Shown: one piece after another, positions 19,519-30,553 of the stretch | Layout of the letters: each line of letters begins with the position of its first letter | How positions within the stretch are numbered: the first letter of the stretch is position 1 | Origin: a bacterium | Lineage (GTDB): Bacteria; Patescibacteriota; Saccharimonadia; Saccharimonadales; SZUA-47 | Length of the DNA: 64,000 nt | Assembly (NCBI GenBank): GCA_009923445.1 | Contig: RFTN01000001.1 | Coordinates: forward strand, 4,523 to 68,522 | Direction of reading: 5' to 3' | Program-made: the position numbers and the translations under genes | The notes under the pieces: model-generated | Databases searched by the model: none | Told to the model about the DNA's origin: nothing | What the model saw: only the letters and a program-made list of their open reading frames with translations

Positions 19519-20582
19519 GTCGATAAGTCCCCTACGGTTACAAGGCCAAGGCCACCGGCGGTAGTGTATAGCGTTGTTTCAAGTTCGTGTGGAGGTTGGA
19601 GCTTGCCAAATGATAAGTTTTTCCATGGAGCACATAGCCTTGTCGGTATACGTGTTTTATCTGTGATATAGCTGTTTAGGCCTGGTAAATTTGCGCCTCC
19701 ACCTAGAATAATAATTTGACCTATAGCTTTATTGCTTTTATTTCTTTCTGAAAAATATCGCACAACCTTACGTATTTCGCTCGTAAGTTTGTTTAATTCT
19801 GGTTCAACGGCATCAAGAATTAATGCCTGCTTTTTACTCATATCAATGCCATAGCGTGTTTTAATACTTTGCGCCTGCTGAACGGTTACATTAAGTTTTT
19901 TTGCTATAAGCTGCGTAATAGTTTCGCCACTGCAATCAACAGTACTGGTAACTCTAATTGTGGTGCCATCAAAAATAGATAAATCACAGGCCGTTGAGCC
20001 AAAATCAACAATGAGCGTAACGATATCGTGTGTTTCGGTATGAGTCACCATTCTTGTTACGGCGTTAATGTTTGATTCTATTAGTGCTACCTCTAAACCA
20101 AGCGCATCAAACACGGTCATATAAGAGTCTATTATAGTTTTAGGACATGCTACTAGCCTTACCTCAACAGTCTCTTCGTTTAAGCTAGCCATAACTTCAT
20201 AATCGTAGTATAAATCATCAAGGGGTAGGGGTATTGATTGACTCGTTTCTAATTCTACTGCCTTAGCTAAATCGGCGTTACTAAGTTTAGGTAGCGTAAG
20301 AATACGATTAAAGCTAAATGCATTTGGTAAGCTAACAGCAACCCGAGAAGTGGTAATTTTACCTATTAGCTGCTCCTCTAGTAAGGTATAGGCAGCTTTT
20401 ATAATTATTTCGGGGTCTGTAATAACACCTTTTTCTATCGCACTTGGGTCAAACGAAATAGTGCCATACCCATCAACGCTCACACCCTTTTTTTTTCTAT
20501 CTAGCTGCATTATCTTCAATGAGGTGTGTCCAATATCAAAACCAAATACTGGTTTGTCTTTGTAATATAGTTGCTTACCCAC
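19515..20582 (-). CDS. pilM: Type IV pilus assembly ATPase-fold protein PilM (actin-like)
   Basis: FGFDIGHTSLKI... ASKH-fold motifs, 355 aa. Confidence 0.75.
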   Translation of the reverse strand: MGKQLYYKDKPVFGFDIGHTSLKIMQLDRKKKGVSVDGYGTISFDPSAIEKGVITDPEIIIKAAYTLLEEQLIGKITTSRVAVSLPNAFSFNRILTLPKLSNADLAKAVELETSQSIPLPLDDLYYDYEVMASLNEETVEVRLVACPKTIIDSYMTVFDALGLEVALIESNINAVTRMVTHTETHDIVTLIVDFGSTACDLSIFDGTTIRVTSTVDCSGETITQLIAKKLNVTVQQAQSIKTRYGIDMSKKQALILDAVEPELNKLTSEIRKVVRYFSERNKSNKAIGQIIILGGGANLPGLNSYITDKTRIPTRLCAPWKNLSFGKLQPPHELETTLYTTAGGLGLVTVGDLST

Positions 20583-20633
20583 CTATGTATCTTTCTATAA
20601 TGCTTTTGTTATAGTGTACCACATAAACTGCTG

Positions 20634-22217
20634 CTACGGAGCAGTAATTACTTCTTGCCAAGATAGAACATTGAATGAACTTGTAATCGGAAATGAAGGC
20701 GGGGGTGCATACAGCAAGTTATAATCATATTGAGTTGTATTGTTAAGAATGCCCGAAACAAAGTAGCCGCTTCCGCTATTAACAGCATTACCACAAGCGC
20801 CACCTATTGCCCATGTCCATGTCCATGATTGTCTAGACGCAACCGAACCATAAAATAAGAAATTCTGATTGGACGAAGCAAAGCCTCTTGTACAGGTTGA
20901 GGTTGCGCTTCTATAAAAAAGCGGCCACAACACACTTCCTGTTTGAGCAATAACTGCTGCATCAATTTCAAAGTTAAAACTACCCGACTGAGGTGGGGCA
21001 TAGGGCGCCACAGTAACATAATCTTCAGCTACTAAACCAATTGCATCTGAACCATTTTTTGTGCTGTATACAACATCGTCTGCTATAACTATTACGGCGT
21101 TAGAAGCTGTAGCTAAACGACCGGCACCTATAGTGACTCTGCCCGAAAAAGTCGAATTTGTGCGAACCCAAACATTATCTTCTGCAAATAGTACCTTACT
21201 ACTCGGAAGAGCAATATTAGAACCAACAATTGTACGGGTAAGTGCTGCCGTGTAGCTGTTTGCGGTGTCTGTCTCGTTGTTTACGTTATACAAATTGTAG
21301 GTACCGTCTGTATTGAGTTCAATTAAGTAACCAGAACTTCTATTGTAACTGCCAGTTGTACTTCGCTGCGGTAAATAAGCGGCTGTTCTTGTTGTTGGGG
21401 TCTGCGTGCATGCGTCAGTAAGTGTTGCTAATGAGCTGGTTGTGCTATCTGCTTCAAAAGCAGTCTTTTTAAGAGTACAAAGGCTACCATTCACCTGATT
21501 AAAATCAACTGAAGGTACTGGGTAGCGCCAATCTGCTTTTGAGCGGGTGTTGCAGTTTACCGGAGTAGTAATAGCCGTGCTACACCAAACTCCGGGCCGA
21601 GAAGTTGACCCATTACCGCCTAGCTGTGAGCTAGGTATATAGGTTGCATTTGCGCTTGTTACGTCACTTGAACTTGGTCCGTCCATTCGTACACCTTGGT
21701 TTGAATGTACAGGGCCACTTGCAGATTCGGTATCACCGAACCAAAGGGCCGTGTCTGATACAACCCCGTAACTCGCAAATGATGGTGAGCCGATTTTAGC
21801 ATCGATTGATCTTTTGATTGAACTACCATTCACTTGGCCGATTGATCGTATGGTTACTACAGTAGATCCGTTACCTTGTGGCTTTAACCAAAGTGTATAC
21901 GTTCCTTGTGTGATTGAGTTGTCGTCTTTGTAAGTATGCACGTAAGGGCCGTATCCCAGATTTGGATCTGGTGTTGTTGGTGTAGTTTGACCATCTTTAA
22001 AATCTGTAGGGCTATGACTAAGGTGCCACAAATAATAATTTATACCTGCTTCTGCTATGTTAAAAGCCTTTTGACTATTTATGTTGTTTGCAACCGCGCG
22101 CGTATTTATATTAATAAGACCCAACACAGCAACCGTGATAATGGCAAACACAGATATCATCATTAACAACATCACCGTCATAAAACCTTTATTTTCACGA
22201 TAATCAACGTGCATCAT
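20634..22217 (-). CDS. Large PilX-like pilus-associated protein (527 aa) with N-terminal TM anchor
   Basis: N-terminus (FMTVMLLMMISVFAIITVAVLGL...NSQKAFNIAEAGINYYLW) resembles the PilX N-terminal domain. The rest is Thr/Ser/Asn-rich. Confidence 0.4.
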   Translation of the reverse strand: MMHVDYRENKGFMTVMLLMMISVFAIITVAVLGLININTRAVANNINSQKAFNIAEAGINYYLWHLSHSPTDFKDGQTTPTTPDPNLGYGPYVHTYKDDNSITQGTYTLWLKPQGNGSTVVTIRSIGQVNGSSIKRSIDAKIGSPSFASYGVVSDTALWFGDTESASGPVHSNQGVRMDGPSSSDVTSANATYIPSSQLGGNGSTSRPGVWCSTAITTPVNCNTRSKADWRYPVPSVDFNQVNGSLCTLKKTAFEADSTTSSLATLTDACTQTPTTRTAAYLPQRSTTGSYNRSSGYLIELNTDGTYNLYNVNNETDTANSYTAALTRTIVGSNIALPSSKVLFAEDNVWVRTNSTFSGRVTIGAGRLATASNAVIVIADDVVYSTKNGSDAIGLVAEDYVTVAPYAPPQSGSFNFEIDAAVIAQTGSVLWPLFYRSATSTCTRGFASSNQNFLFYGSVASRQSWTWTWAIGGACGNAVNSGSGYFVSGILNNTTQYDYNLLYAPPPSFPITSSFNVLSWQEVITAP

Positions 22218-22825
22218 AGGTTCGTCTTTCTGTTTCGTAAACTTACTTGCAAAGTCGTTGTTGTGTACGAGCTACTACTAGTATTTTTGCCAACAACCGT
22301 CGGTACTGCCAGGCTAATACGTATGCCTTTTATAGTATATTGATCTGTTATTGGTGTAGTTAGGTCATCGCCAGCAGCATTCAGGTAGGTAAATAAATTT
22401 ACATTACTAACGCTGTAAAAGTTACTTATTATTGTGTAAGTTTTTTTATTGGCAGTTATTAATGATCCGTTAGGAGGGTTTGCGGTCATGGGCGTAACGT
22501 CTGCGTATACTACTGTTCCCTCTGAATTTTTATAGTACCGAATGAGAGATACATACGTATCGACTGGCGAAAAATATGCATACACACTTAATTCATTAGT
22601 AGACGACGCATCACTAATGTCGGTTAAGCCTCTTAAAACGCGCGCAATACGTTGTGTTTGGCCGGCAACTTCACTTAGGTTTGTGCTGTCTTTACTTAAT
22701 TTAATGTAGTTATTAAACGAAGAACTAAAAAATTCGATTGATACAATACTTAACACCGCAGCTAATGTGAGCGCAATAAGTACCTCAATAATTGTAAAAC
22801 CGTGGTTATTTTTATGCTGCTTCAT
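22214..22825 (-). CDS. Minor (pseudo)pilin with prepilin-type N-terminal cleavage/methylation motif
   Basis: HGFTIIEVLIALTLAAV class-III signal (G/FTxxE). Confidence 0.6.
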   Translation of the reverse strand: MKQHKNNHGFTIIEVLIALTLAAVLSIVSIEFFSSSFNNYIKLSKDSTNLSEVAGQTQRIARVLRGLTDISDASSTNELSVYAYFSPVDTYVSLIRYYKNSEGTVVYADVTPMTANPPNGSLITANKKTYTIISNFYSVSNVNLFTYLNAAGDDLTTPITDQYTIKGIRISLAVPTVVGKNTSSSSYTTTTLQVSLRNRKTNL

Positions 22826-24411
22826 GGAGTAATCACCAATCCGCCAATTAAGGGTGTTGTTGGTAGTGTAAGTGTATTACCCCCTGATGTGACTACGAGT
22901 TGTGTATTTCCTATCCCAACAGAGCTTATATTAACCGTGCAATTTAATGCATTACCGCTACTATCTCCGGTACAGCTAGCTGTATAGGTATTTGTTGATT
23001 GCACGATTTGTACTGTTGTGGCGCAGCTGCTTGCCACGGCGCTACAGGGAAGATTAACTCCTGTAATCGAAAAACTAAAATTAGCTAAATCCGTAGCGCC
23101 AGTACTAACTTGTGCTGGGGTAATAGAACTAAGCCTTGGAAAGTTTTGGTTAGTTGTTAGAACTAAGCGCACTTTTTGAATGTAGTTATTGCCTCCAAAT
23201 CCAAAAGTAACAGAAGGAGGGTTAGCGGCTACATATGTTGGTACGTTTATTGGGCTTAACGTGCTGAGTCCGCTGTAAGGTACAGCAGCAGCTAAATAAT
23301 AGGTAGTTCCACCTACGCTGCAACTTGTGGCGCCACTATCTCCGCAAAAGTAGTAACCGCCCGGCACAAGATTGCTTAGTGCAAACTGACCGCTTGCATC
23401 GCTTGTTGGCCTTGTGTCGGTCGGACTCATAGTGTCAAAGTAGTAGCCTGTATCACTACTGCTCGTATATTTTTTATAGCCACCTTTTATGTATATTTTA
23501 GCGTTATTAATAGGTGTGTTTGATGTAGTATAAGCCTCGCCCACTAGGCTATAAACTGCTTGAGGCAAAAGTGTTAACGTCACAGAGCTAGATTGCTGTA
23601 CTAACAATTGAGCACTCGTATAATTTGGCTGTAGTGAGCCGCTTGGTGCAATAGTAGTTAGGCTTGAGTAATCAGTTAGGCTCGCCGTCACAACATAATC
23701 ATAGCCAGCTGTATCTGGTGGTAGTCCATAAAAAATAGCTACCCCATTACTATCCGTGGAATCTGAAACAGATACCGTTGGCGAGAGTGTTGTGTTTGTC
23801 ACGGACACATTGGCTCCCGCTAAAGGGTTACCGCTACCATCAATAACTTTTATAAACAACGCTCCAGTGTTACTTGCGGTTTCGGCAACACGGGCAGAAA
23901 TTTTAGTATCTACCTCAGCAATCTTTACCGTGTTGCGTACAAATACTGAAACATTCACACTTTTGTAATCTGCTGGGTTTGTATCTGTTGAAGGAGCGCC
24001 TGTTGGAGGGGGGTAGTTTGCGCAGTATTGTTCTTTTAATGCTTGCGAGGGGTAGCTGCCGCAGCCGTCGTAGGCTTCGTCAACATAGTTAATGCTGGTT
24101 TTAACAGTGTAGCTAATACCATCAACTACTTTTGTAGAAGAAGCTGGCAGCGGGGTTGTCGTTATAATACTACCTCCTGCAACCGCCAAAGAATTGTAGG
24201 GTAGCGATTTTAAATATTCCATTTGATTTGTTGCGAGGCTGACGGCCGCAGCTTTACGTTTTGCTATAAATGTTGACTGAACCATAGCAGTATAAAAACC
24301 AATTGTGGCAGTACTTATTACTGCTAAAACAAAAAGTGCAACCAGTAGTTCGACTATAGAGAATCCTAACTGGCTTTTTGTACGTCTAACAGTAATCAAT
24401 TCATTCGACAT
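22822..24411 (-). CDS. Large minor pilin / candidate pilus tip adhesin (529 aa) with prepilin N-terminus
   Basis: QLGFSIVELLVALFVLAV prepilin motif, then a long beta-rich Thr/Ser/Gly region with carboxypeptidase-regulatory-like stretches. Confidence 0.5.
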   Translation of the reverse strand: MSNELITVRRTKSQLGFSIVELLVALFVLAVISTATIGFYTAMVQSTFIAKRKAAAVSLATNQMEYLKSLPYNSLAVAGGSIITTTPLPASSTKVVDGISYTVKTSINYVDEAYDGCGSYPSQALKEQYCANYPPPTGAPSTDTNPADYKSVNVSVFVRNTVKIAEVDTKISARVAETASNTGALFIKVIDGSGNPLAGANVSVTNTTLSPTVSVSDSTDSNGVAIFYGLPPDTAGYDYVVTASLTDYSSLTTIAPSGSLQPNYTSAQLLVQQSSSVTLTLLPQAVYSLVGEAYTTSNTPINNAKIYIKGGYKKYTSSSDTGYYFDTMSPTDTRPTSDASGQFALSNLVPGGYYFCGDSGATSCSVGGTTYYLAAAVPYSGLSTLSPINVPTYVAANPPSVTFGFGGNNYIQKVRLVLTTNQNFPRLSSITPAQVSTGATDLANFSFSITGVNLPCSAVASSCATTVQIVQSTNTYTASCTGDSSGNALNCTVNISSVGIGNTQLVVTSGGNTLTLPTTPLIGGLVITP

Positions 24412-24471
24412 GAACGCTGCACCCTACACTTAGTATATAATCACTATTTTTTGGTCGCTAAGCTTAAGCAT

Positions 24472-24509
24472 ATAATAACAAAAACAACCCCAGTTATACT
24501 AGGGTTGTT
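24472..24509 (-). terminator. Rho-independent terminator after pilA (8-bp stem AACAACCC/GGGTTGTT plus U-run on the minus strand)
   Basis: Inverted repeat at 24483-24509, followed in minus sense by TTTTGTTATTAT. Lies 18 nt downstream of the pilA stop. Confidence 0.55.
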
Positions 24510-24526
24510 TTGCTGACGAGCTTTTT

Positions 24527-25018
24527 CTAGTTTAGGCTATTCTTAGTGAATTGATTTCCTGTTTCTTTTTCTAGGTAAGTCTTTAGTATATATTTAGTAC
24601 AGGTTGCACCAACTGTTGTTTGTGCGCCAGCTGTAGTACAGCCATAGGCTGCGTATACATACTGTGAGGTATTAGATACAGCAGGGTTTGGAGCAGTTGC
24701 GCTGGTGATAAAGCCACCCGTATAGGCAATAGCGTTACCCTGAGTGTCTTTTAATGCTTCTGCGTCTATACCAGCAAGAAGCGTTGTTGAAAGGTTACCA
24801 TCTGGATAACCATTGTTAGTATTGTAGTATTCTTCGAGTTTGCCATGAATAGCGTTTACGTCTGCTCTTCTTTGTACGTCTCGTGCTTTTGCTTGTGCTC
24901 CCTGGAAGTTATTAAGTACTAAACCTGCCAAGATGCCAATTATCGCAATTACTATCAAAAGTTCGATGATAGTAAAACCTTGTTGTGCTTTTTTTATAGT
25001 TTTGAGCATTGTGCCCAC
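24527..25018 (-). CDS. pilA: Major type IVa pilin PilA
   Basis: KKAQQGFTIIELLIVIAIIGILAGLV canonical prepilin leader with Gly-1/Phe+1/Glu+5, 163 aa. Has its own terminator. Confidence 0.75.
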   Translation of the reverse strand: MGTMLKTIKKAQQGFTIIELLIVIAIIGILAGLVLNNFQGAQAKARDVQRRADVNAIHGKLEEYYNTNNGYPDGNLSTTLLAGIDAEALKDTQGNAIAYTGGFITSATAPNPAVSNTSQYVYAAYGCTTAGAQTTVGATCTKYILKTYLEKETGNQFTKNSLN

Positions 25019-25120
25019 CCTTCTAATTTGATTTTAATAAAAGCGAGATGCGCTTTTTGCGCTCATGCTTATGATACAAGTATCTGCTATTGGTGTTTGT
25101 ATGTCAACAGTAGTATCGCT

Positions 25121-26332
25121 CTAAATTTGATTAGATAAATTACTTATAGGTCCAATCACACTGACCGCAATAAGCCCCACCATACCACCCATGATTACAA
25201 TTAAAAGTGGCTCAAGTATGGAGCTTAGGCTATCGACAGCCACATCTACCTCGTCTTCGTAAAATTCTGCAACTTTTATTAATACCGAGTCAGTTTTACC
25301 CGTTTCTTCTCCGACCGCTAACATTTGACTGACTATTGGTGGAAAATATTTACTTTTAGATAACGGTACCGAAAACTGCTCACCGTTTGCTACATCTTTA
25401 GCCGCACTCATCAGTTCGGCTTCAATTACCTTGTTGCCGATTGCTTTTGATGTGATTTCAATAGACTCAATAACGCCCACCCCTGCAGTCATTAAGCTTG
25501 CAAAAATACGCGAAAATCGTGCTACGGTCATTTTTATAACTATAATTTTGATTGCTGGAATACTTAGCAGTAATTTGTCTCTAGTTAGCCTACCCTTATC
25601 TGTTTGCAGGGCTCGGCCTATAAAAATAGTGCCCCCAACCAGAATAATTACGTGTATGTACCAATAATTTATTATTACCGAACTAATGTTTTGCATGGCT
25701 TGTGTGAGCGGTGGCAGTTTTCCGCCCGAAAGGTCGGCAACTATTTTACTTATTTTAGGCACGACAATTGTCATTAGTCCAACAAACACGGCTGCGGTAA
25801 TTCCCACTAACACGGCAGGGTACGTCATGGCGCTCTTAAACTTGCCCCTTATTCGGGCGTCTTTTTCTTGCTGCAAAGCGAGTTTCTTTAAAATATCATC
25901 GAGTATACCACCTGCTTCTCCTGCACGTACCATGTTAATGTATATTGGCGAGAATACTTTGCTGTGCTTTTCGAGTGCATCTGCAAAACTCGTGCCGCTT
26001 TCAATGTCCTTACTTATTTCTTGTAAATGTTTTTTGAAAACTGGGTTTTCTGATTGATTTTGTAGCGTTGCAAGGCTTTTAACAATTGGCACACCTGCAT
26101 CAATCATTGTTGCAAGTTGGCGAGTAAATATAACTATATCTTTAAGTTTAACTTTTTGACGTTTTGTAAAAAAAGCGAGTACATCATTACCTTGAGAAGC
26201 TTTTTTTATTATTATAGGACGTAGACCTTGTTTGGTAAGAACTTGCGATACTCCACCGACATTGTCTGCATCTAAGGTGCCTTCGTGGCGTTTGCCATTT
26301 GTATCTACGGCTGTGTAACTAAACTGTGACAT
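25121..26332 (-). CDS. pilC: Type IV pilus platform protein PilC (GspF family)
   Basis: Two GspF repeats and 3 TM helices. Position after pilB. Confidence 0.8.
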   Translation of the reverse strand: MSQFSYTAVDTNGKRHEGTLDADNVGGVSQVLTKQGLRPIIIKKASQGNDVLAFFTKRQKVKLKDIVIFTRQLATMIDAGVPIVKSLATLQNQSENPVFKKHLQEISKDIESGTSFADALEKHSKVFSPIYINMVRAGEAGGILDDILKKLALQQEKDARIRGKFKSAMTYPAVLVGITAAVFVGLMTIVVPKISKIVADLSGGKLPPLTQAMQNISSVIINYWYIHVIILVGGTIFIGRALQTDKGRLTRDKLLLSIPAIKIIVIKMTVARFSRIFASLMTAGVGVIESIEITSKAIGNKVIEAELMSAAKDVANGEQFSVPLSKSKYFPPIVSQMLAVGEETGKTDSVLIKVAEFYEDEVDVAVDSLSSILEPLLIVIMGGMVGLIAVSVIGPISNLSNQI

Positions 26333-26342
26333 AACTACTACT

Positions 26343-28106
26343 TTATTCTCTGGTTACTCTTAATATCTCTTCGATGCTAGTCATGCCCAACATTGCTTTT
26401 ATAAGTCCGTCTAACTGCATCGTTACCATACCTTCTTCGACTGCTTTTTTTTGAATTTCTTCACTTGTGCTGTTAGTAACAATCATCTTTTGAACATCTG
26501 TAGTGTTTGCAAGCACCTCATAAATACCCATACGACCTTTATACCCCGTTCGCTCTTTGGGCAGGTTTTTTTTAGGCCTATACAATAGAATACCGTTTGT
26601 TTTAGGTCGCTCAAATTGTTGTTGTGCTACTTCAACAAGCGACAAAATTCGGTACCAGTCCTGCTTAGAGTTGATGTTAAATGCACGTTCTATTTCTTTT
26701 TTTTCAGCTGCATTTGGTTCGTATGCTTCGCTATCTTCGGGAACGAGTCGTCTCACGAGTCGTTGACCTATGACTACGCGCACGACACTCGCAATCAAAA
26801 ATGGTTCTATACCCATATCAAGCAAACGCGGAAGACACGTAGCCGCGTTATTGGTGTGTAATGTGCTAAATACAAGATGTCCTGTTAGCGCAGCCTGCAC
26901 TCCTAGTCCGGCAGTTTCGCTGTCACGGATTTCTCCTACCATTATAATGTTTGGGTCTTGCCTAAGTAAGGCACGCAGACCAGCGACAAAACTCATGCCT
27001 GCTACCGGGTTTACTTGCGTTTGATTGACCCCCTCTAGCTTGTATTCTATAGGGTCCTCGATGGTTGATATATTAACGTCTGGTTTGTTTAAAATGTGGA
27101 GTACACTATGTAGCGTCGTACTTTTACCCGAACCTGTCGGTCCGGTCACTAGCAGCATGCCGTGGGGTTCTACGCTTGCTTCTTGAATATCTTGCAGGGC
27201 CTTACCCCAAAAGCCGAGTTTAAGTAGAGGTAGGGGTTCACTGGATTCGTCGAGCACACGCATGACAACTTTTTCACCTTCGCTAATAGGTAGCGTAGAG
27301 ACACGAAAGGCAAAAACACGACCATTCATAGTAATTTTAAATCGACCGTCTTGCGGTGCACGGCGTTCATCGATTTTTAGGTTGCTTAATATTTTAATAC
27401 GCGAAACAAGTGCGCTTAGGGTTCGCTTTGGTAGCCTATTGGCCTCACGTAACACGCCGTCTATTCGGTAGCGAATTATTACATTTTTATCACGAGGTTC
27501 AATATGTATGTCGCTAGCACCAGATTTAATCGCGTACTCTATAATTAAATTAACTGTTTGTGCAATTGGTGAGTCTTCGGCTATCTCATCTTCACTTACA
27601 GCAAGCTCCTCGTCGTCTGCGTCGCCACTTTCAGTGATAACCTTGTTTATTTCGCTGCCAATATTGCCTCGATACTGATCGAGCGCACTCAGTATAGTAA
27701 ATTTAGTTGCTAAAAATATCTTAATATTTTGTCCAAACAATTTATGCAAAACATCTATGGCCTGCAAATCATCGGCGTCTTCCATTGCAATTTGTCGTAC
27801 TTCTTTAGGATTATCGATGCTGCCTGCAAATACAACCATGTTGTATAGCTTGGCAATTTTTTCAGGTATTTGTTTAAGTATCTCGCGGTCTAACTCTTTC
27901 ACGTTTATGTCAACAAACGGTATGCCAATACTCTCGGCGTATAATTTTGTAAGTGTAGCCTCGTCTAATATATTGGAGCGTAGCACGAGTTCTTGCAGGG
28001 GTAGTTTTTCGTTATCGGCCTGTTCGATTAATGCTTTTAATTTATCCACGCTCAGCACGCTGCTTTTTTTTAAAAGCTCCTCAACTGTTATATCTGGTAT
28101 ACGCAT
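26343..28106 (-). CDS. pilB: Type IV pilus assembly ATPase PilB (GspE family)
   Basis: Walker [11 protein letters not shown], Asp box, His box. 587 aa. Confidence 0.85.
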   Translation of the reverse strand: MRIPDITVEELLKKSSVLSVDKLKALIEQADNEKLPLQELVLRSNILDEATLTKLYAESIGIPFVDINVKELDREILKQIPEKIAKLYNMVVFAGSIDNPKEVRQIAMEDADDLQAIDVLHKLFGQNIKIFLATKFTILSALDQYRGNIGSEINKVITESGDADDEELAVSEDEIAEDSPIAQTVNLIIEYAIKSGASDIHIEPRDKNVIIRYRIDGVLREANRLPKRTLSALVSRIKILSNLKIDERRAPQDGRFKITMNGRVFAFRVSTLPISEGEKVVMRVLDESSEPLPLLKLGFWGKALQDIQEASVEPHGMLLVTGPTGSGKSTTLHSVLHILNKPDVNISTIEDPIEYKLEGVNQTQVNPVAGMSFVAGLRALLRQDPNIIMVGEIRDSETAGLGVQAALTGHLVFSTLHTNNAATCLPRLLDMGIEPFLIASVVRVVIGQRLVRRLVPEDSEAYEPNAAEKKEIERAFNINSKQDWYRILSLVEVAQQQFERPKTNGILLYRPKKNLPKERTGYKGRMGIYEVLANTTDVQKMIVTNSTSEEIQKKAVEEGMVTMQLDGLIKAMLGMTSIEEILRVTRE

Positions 28107-28297
28107 GTTATAAATTAAAAAATTGTATTACTAAATATTTTAAGCGATACTTGATTATTTCGTGTTTTAAACATTACTCTTATGCTAACAGAAACGACGT
28201 AGTTTTTACAGCTGTACTTGCAAACTCTACTACGAAAGCTATACTAGCTAGTACAAACCTAAACGATATAATTCGTATAAGAAAAGAGGATACTACT

Positions 28298-29338
28298 ATG
28301 GCAGCAAAAGCTGACCCAAAACAAGTAATGAGCCGAGACAGCAATAAGGGCGATGCCGATGGCAAAACCAAAGCACTCGGTTTAGCAATGGATCAAATAG
28401 AGAAGCAGTTTGGCAAAGGTGCCATTATGCATCTTGACGGTCAACAAAAAATTGACGTCGAGACAATACCGACAGGAAGTCTTAGCCTCGACATAGCATT
28501 AGGTGGTGGTGTGCCAAAAGGCCGTATTATTGAAATTTACGGCCCAGAAAGTTCTGGTAAAACAACGCTCACACTACACGTCGTGGCAGAAGTACAAAAA
28601 GCCGGTGGTGTGGCTGCATTTATCGATGCCGAGCACGCACTTGACCCAGCATATGCAAAACGTATTGGTGTTGACACCGAAAAACTGCTTGTTAGCCAGC
28701 CAGATAGTGGCGAACAAGCGCTAGAAATTGTCGAAACACTGGTCCGCAGTAACGCGGTAGATATTGTAGTAATTGACTCGGTTGCAGCACTTGTGCCTCA
28801 GGCTGAAATAGAAGGCGACATGGGTGATAGCCATATGGGCTTGCAGGCAAGGTTAATGAGCCAAGCTCTGCGTAAGTTAACGGCGATTGTTAGCCGTAGT
28901 AAATGTACGGTCGTGTTTATTAACCAGTTACGTATGAAAATTGGTGTTATGTTTGGCAACCCAGAGACAACCACTGGTGGTAATGCCCTAAAATTTTATG
29001 CAAGTGTACGTATGGATATACGCCGAACCAGCCAAATTAAAAGCGCCGAAGAGGTACTTGGTAACCGTGTACGCGTAAAAGTTGTCAAAAACAAAATTGC
29101 ACCGCCGTTCCGCGAGGCCGAGTTTGACATTATGTTTAACCAAGGTATTAGTCGCGAAGGTGACGTGCTAGACCTTGCAATAAACAAAGGTATTATGACT
29201 AAAGCAGGCGCCTGGATTGCGTATGGCGGCGAAAACATAGCCCAGGGTCGTGAAGCGGGCAAGCAGTATCTAAAAGACAACCCTAAAGTTCTCGAAAAAA
29301 TCGCCAAAGAAGTAAAAGACGCTTACAAAGCACTCTAA
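28298..29338 (+). CDS. recA: Recombinase RecA
   Basis: [10 protein letters not shown] Walker A, L1/L2 loops. RBS AAAAGAGGA sits 8 nt upstream of the ATG. The ORF-track upstream extension was rejected. Confidence 0.95.
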   Translation: MAAKADPKQVMSRDSNKGDADGKTKALGLAMDQIEKQFGKGAIMHLDGQQKIDVETIPTGSLSLDIALGGGVPKGRIIEIYGPESSGKTTLTLHVVAEVQKAGGVAAFIDAEHALDPAYAKRIGVDTEKLLVSQPDSGEQALEIVETLVRSNAVDIVVIDSVAALVPQAEIEGDMGDSHMGLQARLMSQALRKLTAIVSRSKCTVVFINQLRMKIGVMFGNPETTTGGNALKFYASVRMDIRRTSQIKSAEEVLGNRVRVKVVKNKIAPPFREAEFDIMFNQGISREGDVLDLAINKGIMTKAGAWIAYGGENIAQGREAGKQYLKDNPKVLEKIAKEVKDAYKAL

Positions 29339-29365
29339 AATAGCCTAACGAGACACGATTAGTGT

Positions 29366-29974
29366 ATGAAAATTACTGCCCTAAAAGCTCAAGTTAAAAA
29401 CAGTGAACGAGTAAGTGTATTTGTAGATAGCAAATATACTTTCTCGCTGACAATAAATGAAGTATTAGCCTACAAATTAAAAAAAGATCTTGAGTTGAGC
29501 GCGATTGATGTTGAGACATATAAAAAGCTCTCGGCAGACGGTAAGCTACGGGCAATGACGTACGAGTGGTTAATGGGTAGACCGCACAGCACAAAAGAAC
29601 TCAAAGATTATTTGTACAAAAAAAAGACCGATAGCGATTTGCAAGCAAAACTAATTGCAGAATTTACTCAAAAAGGTGTTTTAAACGATGAGCACTTTGC
29701 GCAATGGGCTAATGAGCGCTATGCCCGTAAGAATAAAAGTAAACAAGCTAATAAACGCGAGCTGCAATTAAAGGGTATAGACGGTAGTACTATTCAAGCT
29801 GTTTTAGAGCAAGATAATACAAGCGACAAAGACCATCTCGATGCTTTAATTATTAAGTTACAGGGTAGGTCACGGTATGCCGATCCGCAAAAGCTTACCG
29901 CGTATCTGGTTTCGAAGGGCTTTTACTATGATGATATTAAAACTGCACTTGCAGCTATGCGTTCACAGGCATAG
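29366..29974 (+). CDS. recX: RecA regulator RecX
   Basis: Immediately downstream of recA. Three-helix-repeat composition typical of RecX. Confidence 0.6.
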   Translation: MKITALKAQVKNSERVSVFVDSKYTFSLTINEVLAYKLKKDLELSAIDVETYKKLSADGKLRAMTYEWLMGRPHSTKELKDYLYKKKTDSDLQAKLIAEFTQKGVLNDEHFAQWANERYARKNKSKQANKRELQLKGIDGSTIQAVLEQDNTSDKDHLDALIIKLQGRSRYADPQKLTAYLVSKGFYYDDIKTALAAMRSQA

Positions 29975-30488
29975 GCGCGCTCGCAGATAGTTTTTGAGTG
30001 ACTTCAATGTCTTTTACGATTATTTTCTTGTCTGTAATCTCGACTATTTGTAGTCTATTCACCGTCAGCGGCTGATTAGTAAACGACTTTATCGAACGAC
30101 GAGCTACATATAAATTAACAATATACATACTATCTATATCTACAGCGTAATCTTCTACTTTGCCAAGTTTTTGGCCAGATTCAGTTATTACCGACTTACC
30201 AATGGGGTCAAACTGAATAGATGCCACTTGTTTTAGGCGTATTAAATCATCTGGTTCAGTAAGTGAGTCTTGATCGTTTACGGCAACTCCAATTTTAGAG
30301 ATCTCACGTATATCCTCAGCTGGCAATAAAAGAGTGTTTTTTGTAAAAACAGAGTTACAGTACCAGGCTTCAATTTTTAGGTTGTTAGGATTTATTAACG
30401 GTTGCAGTGTTTTTCCTATAGTTCCACCAGTTCGCAGTGAGATTATGGGGAGCGATAGCAGTGCACGATACAGCTTAAGCATATACAT
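29955..30488 (-). CDS. PRC-barrel domain protein (two repeats)
   Basis: GxxIGKVxD-type motifs (SGQKLGKVEDYAVDID). Convergent with recX, overlapping it by 20 nt. Confidence 0.35.
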   Translation of the reverse strand: MYMLKLYRALLSLPIISLRTGGTIGKTLQPLINPNNLKIEAWYCNSVFTKNTLLLPAEDIREISKIGVAVNDQDSLTEPDDLIRLKQVASIQFDPIGKSVITESGQKLGKVEDYAVDIDSMYIVNLYVARRSIKSFTNQPLTVNRLQIVEITDKKIIVKDIEVTQKLSASAPMPVNA

Positions 30489-30553
30489 ACTATAACAAAA
30501 AAATCTTCATGCTCATGCTTGCAGTAAAACATTTTGTAAATATAATCAAAAAT

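Noticed and set aside
20810-20830. CCATGTCCATGTCCATGA micro-repeat inside the PilX-like gene
   Set aside because: Only about 2.5 copies of a 6-mer, encoding HGHGHG. A trivial slippage-scale repeat, not a regulatory array.
28031-28297. Upstream extension of recA in the ORF track
   Set aside because: RecA's conserved N-terminus begins at MAAKADPKQ (28298) with a strong RBS. The upstream part is AT-rich promoter sequence.
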